DNA of 64,000 bases from Actinomycetota bacterium (GTDB lineage: Bacteria; Actinomycetota; Geothermincolia; Geothermincolales; RBG-13-55-18), in assembly GCA_030019255.1 (NCBI GenBank), contig JASEFK010000006.1:154553-218552 (forward strand). Direction: 5' to 3'. The number at the start of each line of letters is the position of its first letter. Position 1 is the stretch's first letter. A program made the translations under genes and the position numbers. The notes beneath the pieces were generated by a model. It ran no database searches and was not told where the DNA came from. It was given only the letters and a program-made list of their open reading frames with translations. This document shows positions 8,741-16,748 of the stretch, in pieces.

Positions 8741-10840
8741 ATGGACGAAGGGCAACCCTTGCCGGTAACCGAGAGGGCAAGTCCCGGACCTGAAACGGCG
8801 AAGCCAGCGGAGGAGGGCGCGCTCTTCCGCTACCCCCTGCACCCCCCGGCGGAACCGCGGACCGGCGATCCCCCCCTGGTGGAGTTCACCCGAGGCCTGC
8901 TGCGCGACCTCCTCTCCATCCTCCGCCTCCGGAGCGAAGGAAGGGAGGTGGAGGTGGAGGGGTTCCGCTTCCTGGGCCCGGATAAGGCGGTGCATTCCAT
9001 CCATGTCCCGCCCCGCGAGGGAGCGGAGGAACTCGAAGATTCCGGGATGGCCGGCCCATCCGCGCCCCGTCCTCCCCTCCCCGGATGCCGGGGGGAACAC
9101 CCGGAAGGAAAGGGAGACCTGGGGGCCGGCTCCGATGCAGTCCCCAGCCCGGGGAAGGGGCGATTCCCTCCCGGCGCGGTAAAAGGACTTTTGGCAAGGA
9201 AAGAGATCTCAGAGGCACCGGTCCGGGAAGGGATCCAGGGCCTCCCGCCCTTCCTCAACCGGGAGAACGCCGCCCTCTACGAGCCCCGGTTGGAGTTTTT
9301 GGCCCGGCTGCTGGAGAACCTGCTCTCCCTGGTGCAGCTGGAGGCCGGAGGTCGGCCGGTGGAGGTGGACGGATTCCGCCTGCGCCGCCTCTCCGACTGG
9401 GCGGACGCCCCGGTGCCGAGCGCCCAGGACGTAATCCTTCACGCCGCCGACCGCTGCTCTTGCCGTTGCCGGTTCTGCTACCTGCGGGGTTCCCCGCCCA
9501 CCCTGCATTACCATCCCCCCTTCGACCCGGGGGACGACTGGAGGAGGCTGGAGGCCAGGATTCGTCACTACCGCCCCCGGGCGCGGCGGGGGCTCTTCCC
9601 CACCTTCGGTGGCCCGCGGGAGCCGTTCGCTCATCCACAAATTCTCCCCTTGCTCCGATCCCTCCGCGAGACCACCGATGAACCCTTGCGCCTCTCCACC
9701 AACGGATGCGCTCTAAGTCCCGATCTCATAAGCGAACTGGCGAAGCTGGCCCCCCTCTTTCTGGACCTCTCCCTCAACAGCTCCGACCCCGCCCGGCGCT
9801 CCTTCCTCATGGGTGACCCCGAGCCGGGGAGGGCCATCTCCTCCCTGCCCCGCCTGGCGGAGGCGGGCATCCCCTTCGCCGTGACCGTGGTGGCCTGGCC
9901 GGAGCCCTCCCTGGAGGAGATGCTGGAGGACCTGGGAAGAACCTGCCTGTACGCCGCGGGTTGCGGGGCCCGCATGGTACAGGTCAACCTGCCGGGTTAC
10001 TCCCGGTTCTTCTCCCCGCGACCCCTCTTCGATACCGACGAGGTGTGGGGAGCCGTGGTGCGGCGGGTGCGGGAACTGCGCCAGGACATCCCCTGCCCGG
10101 TGGTGGTGAGCCCCGCCCTCTACGAGGAAAACCTCGTCCGGGAACGGAAGAACCTTGCGGAGGTGATAGGGGTGGTGCCCAACTCCCCGGCCGCCTCCTG
10201 GGGGCTTGAGCCGGGAGACGTCATCCTCCGCCTGAACGGGATCAACGTGTTTAACCGCCCCCAGGCCCGCGACCTGCTCACCCTTTTGCAGGAGAGCGGG
10301 AAGGGGAGGATGTCCATCCTGGTCGACCGGGGGGGTAAGAGGGTGGAGCTGGAGGGGGAAAGAAGCCGGTGCCGCTACCCCTTCGATTTTCATACCGGGA
10401 CCCACCTGGGGGTGGTGTTCATGGGGAGCGGTCTGCGCCTCTCCTACCTGCGGGACCTGGAGGACCTCATCCGCTCCTCTGGGGCGCGCCGGGTGCTCTT
10501 TCTCACCTCCCGGCTGGTCCGCCCCACCCTCGAACAGATGCTGCGCGAACGCCCGCTGAGCCTCCCGGAGGGCGTGGAGCTGCACTTGAGCGTGCCGGAG
10601 AACCGCTTCTTCGGGGGAAACATCATGCTCGGCGATCTTTTGGTGGTGCAGGACTTCATCGATCACCTCCGGGAGTGGAGGGAGAGGAAGGGGTTTGCGC
10701 CCCACCTGGTGGTCATACCCTCCTCGCCCTTCCGCCTCAGCGGCTGGGGGAGGGACCTGACCGGTCGGGTGTATCTGGACATCGCCCGGGAGACCGGGAT
10801 GCGGGTGGAACTCCTGGAATGCGAGGCGGTCATGGACTGA
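8741..10840 (+). CDS. Radical SAM protein with PDZ and C-terminal DUF512-like (putative cobalamin-binding) domains
   Basis: CSCRCRFC triad; GPREPF and LSTNG; PDZ-like VVPNSPAASWGLEPGDVILRLNG; DUF512-like ENRFFGGNIMLGDLLVVQD; GGAGGT RBS before ATG 8741. Confidence 0.85.
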   Translation: MDEGQPLPVTERASPGPETAKPAEEGALFRYPLHPPAEPRTGDPPLVEFTRGLLRDLLSILRLRSEGREVEVEGFRFLGPDKAVHSIHVPPREGAEELEDSGMAGPSAPRPPLPGCRGEHPEGKGDLGAGSDAVPSPGKGRFPPGAVKGLLARKEISEAPVREGIQGLPPFLNRENAALYEPRLEFLARLLENLLSLVQLEAGGRPVEVDGFRLRRLSDWADAPVPSAQDVILHAADRCSCRCRFCYLRGSPPTLHYHPPFDPGDDWRRLEARIRHYRPRARRGLFPTFGGPREPFAHPQILPLLRSLRETTDEPLRLSTNGCALSPDLISELAKLAPLFLDLSLNSSDPARRSFLMGDPEPGRAISSLPRLAEAGIPFAVTVVAWPEPSLEEMLEDLGRTCLYAAGCGARMVQVNLPGYSRFFSPRPLFDTDEVWGAVVRRVRELRQDIPCPVVVSPALYEENLVRERKNLAEVIGVVPNSPAASWGLEPGDVILRLNGINVFNRPQARDLLTLLQESGKGRMSILVDRGGKRVELEGERSRCRYPFDFHTGTHLGVVFMGSGLRLSYLRDLEDLIRSSGARRVLFLTSRLVRPTLEQMLRERPLSLPEGVELHLSVPENRFFGGNIMLGDLLVVQDFIDHLREWRERKGFAPHLVVIPSSPFRLSGWGRDLTGRVYLDIARETGMRVELLECEAVMD

Positions 10841-10936
10841 GGGGAAGGTGGCCATCCGGAAGACCGAAAGGGATGGGACTAGGTGATGGACAGAGCGTCA
10901 GGAGCGCGAAAAGGTGAAGGACAAGGGAGGCAGGAA

Positions 10937-11353
10937 ATGGCATCGAAGACGGAGGGCAAGGTCATCCGGGTACTTATCGCCAAGCCCGGTCTTGACGGGC
11001 ACGACCAGGGAGCCAAGGTCATCGCCTACGGCCTCAAGGACGAGGGGTTCGAGGTCATCTACACCGGCCTGAGGCGCACCCCGGAGGAGATCGTCAACGC
11101 GGCCGTGGACGAGGACGTGGACGTCATCGGCCTCTCCATCCTCTCCGGGGCTCACCTGAGCATTGCGCGGCGTGTCATGTCCCTTCTCCGGGAAAAGGGC
11201 GTGGAGGACAAGATGGTCCTGGTGGGAGGCATCATCCCTCCCGAGGACATCCCCAAGCTCAAGGAGATGGGCGTGGCCGAGGTCTTCGTCTCCGGGACCT
11301 ATATCTCCCAGGTGGCGGAATTCATCCGCTCCCGGTTGGGTGTCTCTTCCTGA
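10937..11353 (+). CDS. Acyl-CoA mutase small, cobalamin-binding subunit
   Basis: [13 protein letters not shown] (DxHxxG), [15 protein letters not shown]. Confidence 0.95.
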   Translation: MASKTEGKVIRVLIAKPGLDGHDQGAKVIAYGLKDEGFEVIYTGLRRTPEEIVNAAVDEDVDVIGLSILSGAHLSIARRVMSLLREKGVEDKMVLVGGIIPPEDIPKLKEMGVAEVFVSGTYISQVAEFIRSRLGVSS

Positions 11354-11401
11354 GGCAACCCCGGTTATCTGCACCAGAGGCGGCGTGAGTCGGACAGTGC
11401 C

Positions 11402-12763
11402 TCAACCCTGGTAGGCACGCACCAGCCTATTCACGTGCTCCAGATTCTCCAGATCCCGCAACATCTCCAAGGTGGAATCGGCGACCCGGTAGCTCAAAAC
11501 GCTCCCCACGCATTCGCGGTATTTATCGTAGATCTGCTCCTCGCTCATGGGATTGCCGGGTTCGCCGAGGGGCCTTTCGGCCTTCCCCACCGCTTTCCCG
11601 CCGGACTTCAGGTGCACTACCACCTCGGAGGCGAAAGGGCTAGTGATCTCCCCTTCCAGGTCCTGCCAGTCGAAGCGGCGTATCACATGCACTATCGGCT
11701 CCGAGGTGACCACCTGGTCCCTGAACTGCCCCACTCCCACCTTGCCCCAAAGCAGGGCGGCGGCCACGCAGAACTCCAGGCTAAACTTTCCCTCCGTGCC
11801 CGTCTTCGGCTCGTGGTAGACGAGCACCGATCGCAACCAGGAGGGCACCCGGCACTCCACCCTCTCCACCTCGGAAGCGTCGATATTTCCCATCTTCTTC
11901 CATTCCTCCCTGGCCGCCAGGGCGGCGTCGATAGCGCCCTGGGGGCCGCGGCAGCAGGGATAGGGCTTGTAGGAGAGACCGGGGTCGATGAGCTCATAGG
12001 GCTCTCCGAGGGTCCCGGGTAGCTCCCCCGCTTTCTCCAGGTCGGAAGTGAAGACCCGGGCGAATCCGTTCTCCCCGTAGAGAGCATCCGGGTTGGCGGT
12101 GAACCCCCGGGAGGCCAGCTGGGCGGCCATAATCCCGTTCATGGCCGCGACTCCGGCGTGGAGGGGCTTGGTCATGGTTCCGAAGTTAGCCCGGATGCCC
12201 GTGGCCAGGGAGCAGGAGATGCCTAGGGCATGGACCATCCTTTCCTCGGCGAGCCGCAGGAGCTTGCCGCAGGAGGCGGCGGCGCCCAGGACCCCCAGGG
12301 TACTGGTATGGTGCCAGCCCAGCATGTAGGAGTTCCCGCCCAGGGCCGCTCCGACCTTGGCTGCTACCTCCAGGCCGGCCACGTAGGCCAGTAGGCAGTC
12401 CCTTCCCGGGGACTCCAGAACCTCCCCCAGGGCCAACACGGCCGGGACCAGGGCCACGGAAGGATGGCCCATCATGCGGAAACTGACGTCGTCGTAATCC
12501 AGGGCGTGGGCGGCTGTCCCGTTGGCCAGGGCAGCCCAGGGTGCCGCGCTTTTCTTGAAACCGTAGAAGAGGGTGGCTTCACCCTTTGCACACATGGAAT
12601 CCACCCACTCGGCGGCGATGCGTGAACTCTCATCCTCCAGGCCGGCTATGGTGACCCCCAGGCAATCGATGAACGGGAGCTTGGCCGCCTCCACCACCTC
12701 TCCCGGCAAGTCCTCGTACTTCAGGCCACAGACGAACTTCCCCACTTCCAAGAGCTCGTTCAT
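11402..12763 (-). CDS. MmgE/PrpD family protein
   Basis: ANGTAAHALDYDD, GHPS, GWHHTST, FGTMTKPLHAG, KPYPCC, KFSL; start moved to ATG 12763. Confidence 0.92.
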   Translation of the reverse strand: MNELLEVGKFVCGLKYEDLPGEVVEAAKLPFIDCLGVTIAGLEDESSRIAAEWVDSMCAKGEATLFYGFKKSAAPWAALANGTAAHALDYDDVSFRMMGHPSVALVPAVLALGEVLESPGRDCLLAYVAGLEVAAKVGAALGGNSYMLGWHHTSTLGVLGAAASCGKLLRLAEERMVHALGISCSLATGIRANFGTMTKPLHAGVAAMNGIMAAQLASRGFTANPDALYGENGFARVFTSDLEKAGELPGTLGEPYELIDPGLSYKPYPCCRGPQGAIDAALAAREEWKKMGNIDASEVERVECRVPSWLRSVLVYHEPKTGTEGKFSLEFCVAAALLWGKVGVGQFRDQVVTSEPIVHVIRRFDWQDLEGEITSPFASEVVVHLKSGGKAVGKAERPLGEPGNPMSEEQIYDKYRECVGSVLSYRVADSTLEMLRDLENLEHVNRLVRAYQG

Positions 12764-13251
12764 TTTCGACCCCCCTTGTTCGTTTTTCATACCCTTAACC
12801 GGTATCAACCCGTCCACTTCCCGGCTCCACCCCCGTTGACGCCCCGGGGTTCCGGGGCTGGCCCACGGGAGGGTATACCGGGTACCGCTCACGCATCCAT
12901 GCCCCTTTTCAGATCGCCTCTCGCCCGAAGAAGCCCCCGTCAAACCCCGGATCACCGTAACGGTAGAGGAAGCCGACTCCCGCCCTTTCGAACCGTGGCT
13001 CAACCAATGGTATCCTTTCCACTCCCCTCCGGAAAAGACCAGCAGCCGGAGTGAGGCCACCACGGTTATCGATATGAAACCGAAGCCCAGCCGACACGAC
13101 AATTATGCACCATGAACTTAACCTTCAATTTTCCTGATGATATCAAAGATACCAACGGGCGTAAAGAAGGGGTTCATGTTTCAAATTTTTTCTTTATTTA
13201 AGCCAGATATAAAAATTCTGTCGGCGCATCTGCGCATTAATTATTTTAGGA

Positions 13252-13280
13252 TTGTTGTACTTTCCTACTTTACATATAGT
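13252..13280 (+). promoter_or_regulatory. Possible sigma70 promoter for the acyl-CoA ligase operon (TTGTTG-17-TATAGT)
   Basis: 17-bp spacing in an AT-rich divergent intergenic region; overlaps operator copy 2. Confidence 0.4.
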
Positions 13281-13286
13281 GAACTT
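13266..13286. promoter_or_regulatory. Putative operator, copy 2 (TACTTTA-CATATAG-TGAACTT)
   Basis: Same arms and N7 spacing as copy 1; lies between the divergent MmgE/PrpD and CoA ligase genes. Confidence 0.6.
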
Positions 13287-13480
13287 TCCTCCATAATTAT
13301 TCGCGCGGGCTGACGGACGACAACGGGCGGCTGCTAAATTCGTCTTGGCGACCGTGTGAGGAACTTCCTTGAGGACTTCGCCGAACCATTTTCCGCAGCC
13401 ATCGTCGCCCACTTATTCGCATTCTCGAAAGAAAGGTTCCGCGGCCCGGGGCTCAGGGTGAAGCACGGGTATGAACGGGG

Positions 13481-15031
13481 GTGACAACGATGAACGTGGG
13501 CAACTGGGCCACCAAGCGGGCGCTCTTCCCGCTCACCAGGGACAAGACGGCCTTCATCAGCGGTGACCGCTCCCTTACCTACACGGAGTTCAACCACCGT
13601 GTTAATCAAGTGGCCAACGGCTTACTGGAGGCGGGCCTCAAGAAGGGCGAGCGGGTGGCCGCCCTCTTCTTCAACAGCATAGAGTTCATGGAGGTGTACT
13701 TCGCCTGCGCCAAGGCGGGGTTCATCTTCATCCCCCTCAACTTCCGCCTCACGCCCCAGGAGCTGAACGATATATTCACCGACACCAATCCCCGGGCCTT
13801 CTTCTTCCACCCCGAGTTCGCGGGCACGGTGGGACAGCTGCGGGAACTCTACCGCGAACCGATAGAGGTTTTGGCCACCGCCGGGGAGCCAGTGCCGGAG
13901 TTCGCCTCCCCTTACGAGGAGTGGCTCTCGGAATTCGGGGAGGAGGAGCCCGCGGTCCACGAGCCCCCGGGCATGGAGGACCCCCAGATGATCATGTACA
14001 CCTCGGGAACCACCGGGCGGGCCAAGGGGGCCGTGCTCCCCCACCGCAAGACCTTCTGGAACACCTTCAACGACACCCTGGAGCTGCTCTTCGACATGGA
14101 GGCCGTATCTCTGGTCTCCATACCCCTGTTCCACTCCGGGGGCCTGAACATCATCACCATGCCCACCTTCTACATAGGGGGCACCACGATCTTCCAGAGG
14201 TTCTGGAACCCCGAGGAGGCCCTGCGCCTCATCGAGCGCCACCGGGTCACCCACTTCGGGGCCGTGCCCACCATGCTCCAGATGATGCTGGACGTTCCCG
14301 ACTTTTCCCGCTACGACCTGAGCTCCCTCAAGGGGGTGGGGGTGGGAGGAGCCCCCGCCTCCCGGGAGCTTTTGGACCGCATCCTGGAGCGGATGAAGGT
14401 GCCCCACCTCATCCAGGTCTTCGGGTGCACGGAGACCTCCATCGTCCTCTCCTGCTCCAACATGGAAAAGATCGGCAGCGCCGGCATCCCCATGTTCCAC
14501 GCCGAGGTCCGGGTGCTCAAGGAGGACGGCACGGAGGTGGTACCGGGATCCGGCGAGGTGGGGGAGATATGCACCCGGGGCCCCTACGTCATGCTCGGCT
14601 ACTGGAACCTCCCCGAGGAGACCGCCGAGGCCATGAAGGACGGGTGGTTCCACTACGGGGATCTGGCCACCGTGGACGAGGACGGGTACGTATATATCGT
14701 GGACCGCAAGAAGGACATGATCATCTCCGGGGGGGAGAACATCTACCCCGCGGAGGTGGAGAAGGTGCTCGCCGAGCACCCCAAGGTGAGGGACGTGGCG
14801 GTCATCGGCATGCCGGACGAGAAGTGGGGGGAGGTGGGCCACGCCCTGGTGCTCCTGGAGGACCCCGAGGACCCCCTGAGCCTGGAGGAGATGGAGGCCT
14901 TCTGTGCGGGGAAGCTGGCCCGTTACAAGATACCTAAAAAGATCACCTTCGTGGATGCCATCCCCCGCACCCTCACCGGCAAGATATTGAAGAAGGAACT
15001 GCGCAGGCTCTACGGCGGGGGCCGGGATTGA
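13481..15031 (+). CDS. AMP-dependent acyl-CoA ligase (AssK-like by context)
   Basis: MYTSGTTGRAKG, PLFH, FGCTE, GDL, IVDRKKDMIISGGENIYPAEVE, PRTLTGKI. Confidence 0.95.
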   Translation: MTTMNVGNWATKRALFPLTRDKTAFISGDRSLTYTEFNHRVNQVANGLLEAGLKKGERVAALFFNSIEFMEVYFACAKAGFIFIPLNFRLTPQELNDIFTDTNPRAFFFHPEFAGTVGQLRELYREPIEVLATAGEPVPEFASPYEEWLSEFGEEEPAVHEPPGMEDPQMIMYTSGTTGRAKGAVLPHRKTFWNTFNDTLELLFDMEAVSLVSIPLFHSGGLNIITMPTFYIGGTTIFQRFWNPEEALRLIERHRVTHFGAVPTMLQMMLDVPDFSRYDLSSLKGVGVGGAPASRELLDRILERMKVPHLIQVFGCTETSIVLSCSNMEKIGSAGIPMFHAEVRVLKEDGTEVVPGSGEVGEICTRGPYVMLGYWNLPEETAEAMKDGWFHYGDLATVDEDGYVYIVDRKKDMIISGGENIYPAEVEKVLAEHPKVRDVAVIGMPDEKWGEVGHALVLLEDPEDPLSLEEMEAFCAGKLARYKIPKKITFVDAIPRTLTGKILKKELRRLYGGGRD

Positions 15032-15290
15032 GACCGCGGGAGGGAAGCCTCCCCGCCCCGGAGGGAGGCCCTGGACCGTGTTTTCCGGGGGGATCCCGCT
15101 CCCCTTGGCCAAGGGTAAGGAGGCCCCCGCCCTTCGGCCCGGGCCCTGTGCGACCGCGCCGGTGGAGGCGGCCGCCCCGGGCGGAACGTCCTCCAACGGG
15201 GAAGGGAGATGACCCGTTTAAGGAGAAAAAGTCAACGGCTTGTCCTGGAAGGAGAAGGCCAAAGGCCTTGGGACGTGAAGGGAGGTCCCC

Positions 15291-16091
15291 ATGAACCAAG
15301 AAGAGGAGCTCCTGGTGGAGGTGAGGGAGCCCCTGGCCTTCCTCACCATCAACCGGCCGGAGCGCCGGAACGCCCTCTCCGTCTCCCTCCTCGTCTCCCT
15401 GGCCCAGGCCCTCCAGGACCTGGCCGAGAAGGGAACGGTGCGCTGCGCCGTGCTGCGGGGGGCGGGGGACCGGGCCTTCTCCGCGGGCATGGACCTCACC
15501 GCCATCCCCGAGGGTCTCCCCGCGGAGGTCCAGGAGCGCATCCAATCCCAGGGCCCCCTGCAGTACGGCCTGGAGGCCATCGAGGAGTGCCCCTTCCCGG
15601 TCATCGCCATGATCCGCGGCTACTGCGTGGGGGCGGGGTGCGAGACCAGCATGGCCTGCGACCTCCGGGTGGGGGCGGAGGACTGCCGCATGGGGATGCC
15701 CCCCGCGCGCCTGGGCATCGTCTATCCCCCCGAGGGCCTGCACCGCTTCCTGCGCACCATCGGCCTGGCCGCCACCCGGAAACTCTTCCTCACCGCAGAG
15801 CTCTTCGGTGCCCACGAGGCCTACCAGATGGGCATGCTGGACTACCTGGTCCCCGTCCCGGAGCTGGAGGCCTTCACCGAGGATCTGGCCCGGCGCATAG
15901 CCTCCAACGCCCCCCTCTCCATCTCCGGGCACAAGCGCATGCTGCGCATGCTCACCCACCCCCTTCCCCTGGCTGAGGAGGAGCGCCGGGAGGCCGATGC
16001 CATCATGGCGCGGGCCCTGGCCAGCGAGGACGCCCGGGAGGGCATCGCCGCCTTCCGCGAGAAGAGGGACCCGGTGTTCAGGGGTAAATAA
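15291..16091 (+). CDS. Crotonase/enoyl-CoA hydratase superfamily protein (possible alkylmalonyl-CoA decarboxylase)
   Basis: NRPERRNAL, FSAGMDL, GYCVGAGCE, ACDLR; the usual PE catalytic position reads MPPARLGIVY. Confidence 0.9.
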   Translation: MNQEEELLVEVREPLAFLTINRPERRNALSVSLLVSLAQALQDLAEKGTVRCAVLRGAGDRAFSAGMDLTAIPEGLPAEVQERIQSQGPLQYGLEAIEECPFPVIAMIRGYCVGAGCETSMACDLRVGAEDCRMGMPPARLGIVYPPEGLHRFLRTIGLAATRKLFLTAELFGAHEAYQMGMLDYLVPVPELEAFTEDLARRIASNAPLSISGHKRMLRMLTHPLPLAEEERREADAIMARALASEDAREGIAAFREKRDPVFRGK

Positions 16092-16252
16092 GGGCCTTTC
16101 TCCCGCGGACTTGACCTCCAGTGGAGCAACCTGAACGAGACCCGGAAGGCTCGTTCCCCTAACCGCTCGTCGCTTACGGAGATGACCCGAGACGGCGCAT
16201 GGCAGCGGAATGCCGAGCCGGGAAAGGCAGTTGAAGGATTTCAAAAAACCCC

Positions 16253-16281
16253 TTGAAAAATATGTTCACTTTTACTAAAAT
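16253..16281 (+). promoter_or_regulatory. Sigma70 promoter of the glycyl radical enzyme operon (TTGAAA-17-TAAAAT)
   Basis: Near-consensus hexamers exactly 17 bp apart at the start of a strongly AT-rich tract. Confidence 0.7.
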
Positions 16282-16282
16282 A
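16262..16282. promoter_or_regulatory. Putative operator, copy 3 (ATGTTCA-CTTTTAC-TAAAATA)
   Basis: Occupies the promoter spacer and -10 box; core identical to copy 1 in inverted orientation. Confidence 0.7.
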
Positions 16283-16333
16283 AGCCTCAAGATGATTGCT
16301 GTTATTAAGGCATAATAAGAAATATTAATAATT

Positions 16334-16349
16334 TATTACTATAGTAATA
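16334..16349. promoter_or_regulatory. Perfect 16-bp palindrome TATTACTATAGTAATA
   Basis: Exact dyad symmetry in the AT-rich leader downstream of the promoter. Confidence 0.5.
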
Positions 16350-16748
16350 GTGTAAATTGCTTACTTAAACGCTTTTGAATTTTGACTAACTAGGATTCGG
16401 AAAAACGTCTGTACCACCGCCCGATTATTCCGCAGCAGGATTCGCCCCACGTGATAAGCAGCCATCGAGGGGGTGAGCTTTCCCCGTTTGAGGAACCGTG
16501 AAAGGCGAATCGGCCGATGAGCTCCGCAGGAGCGTGAAAGAGAAGGTGCGCGGTTTTCGTCTCAAATAGGGGGCTCGTGAATGGAAAGGCGTGCCATTCG
16601 CGAGGGCAACGGGCACGGACATCCGGCCGGAGAGGCTGTCGGGAAGGGAGGGATGAAAACCCGAAAGGAAAGCAGTGGGATTTTCTCGGTTTGAAGGAAA
16701 GAACGTTGCTTTCACAAGCGGGGGGCAACCGGAAGAAGAAGGGGGTAG

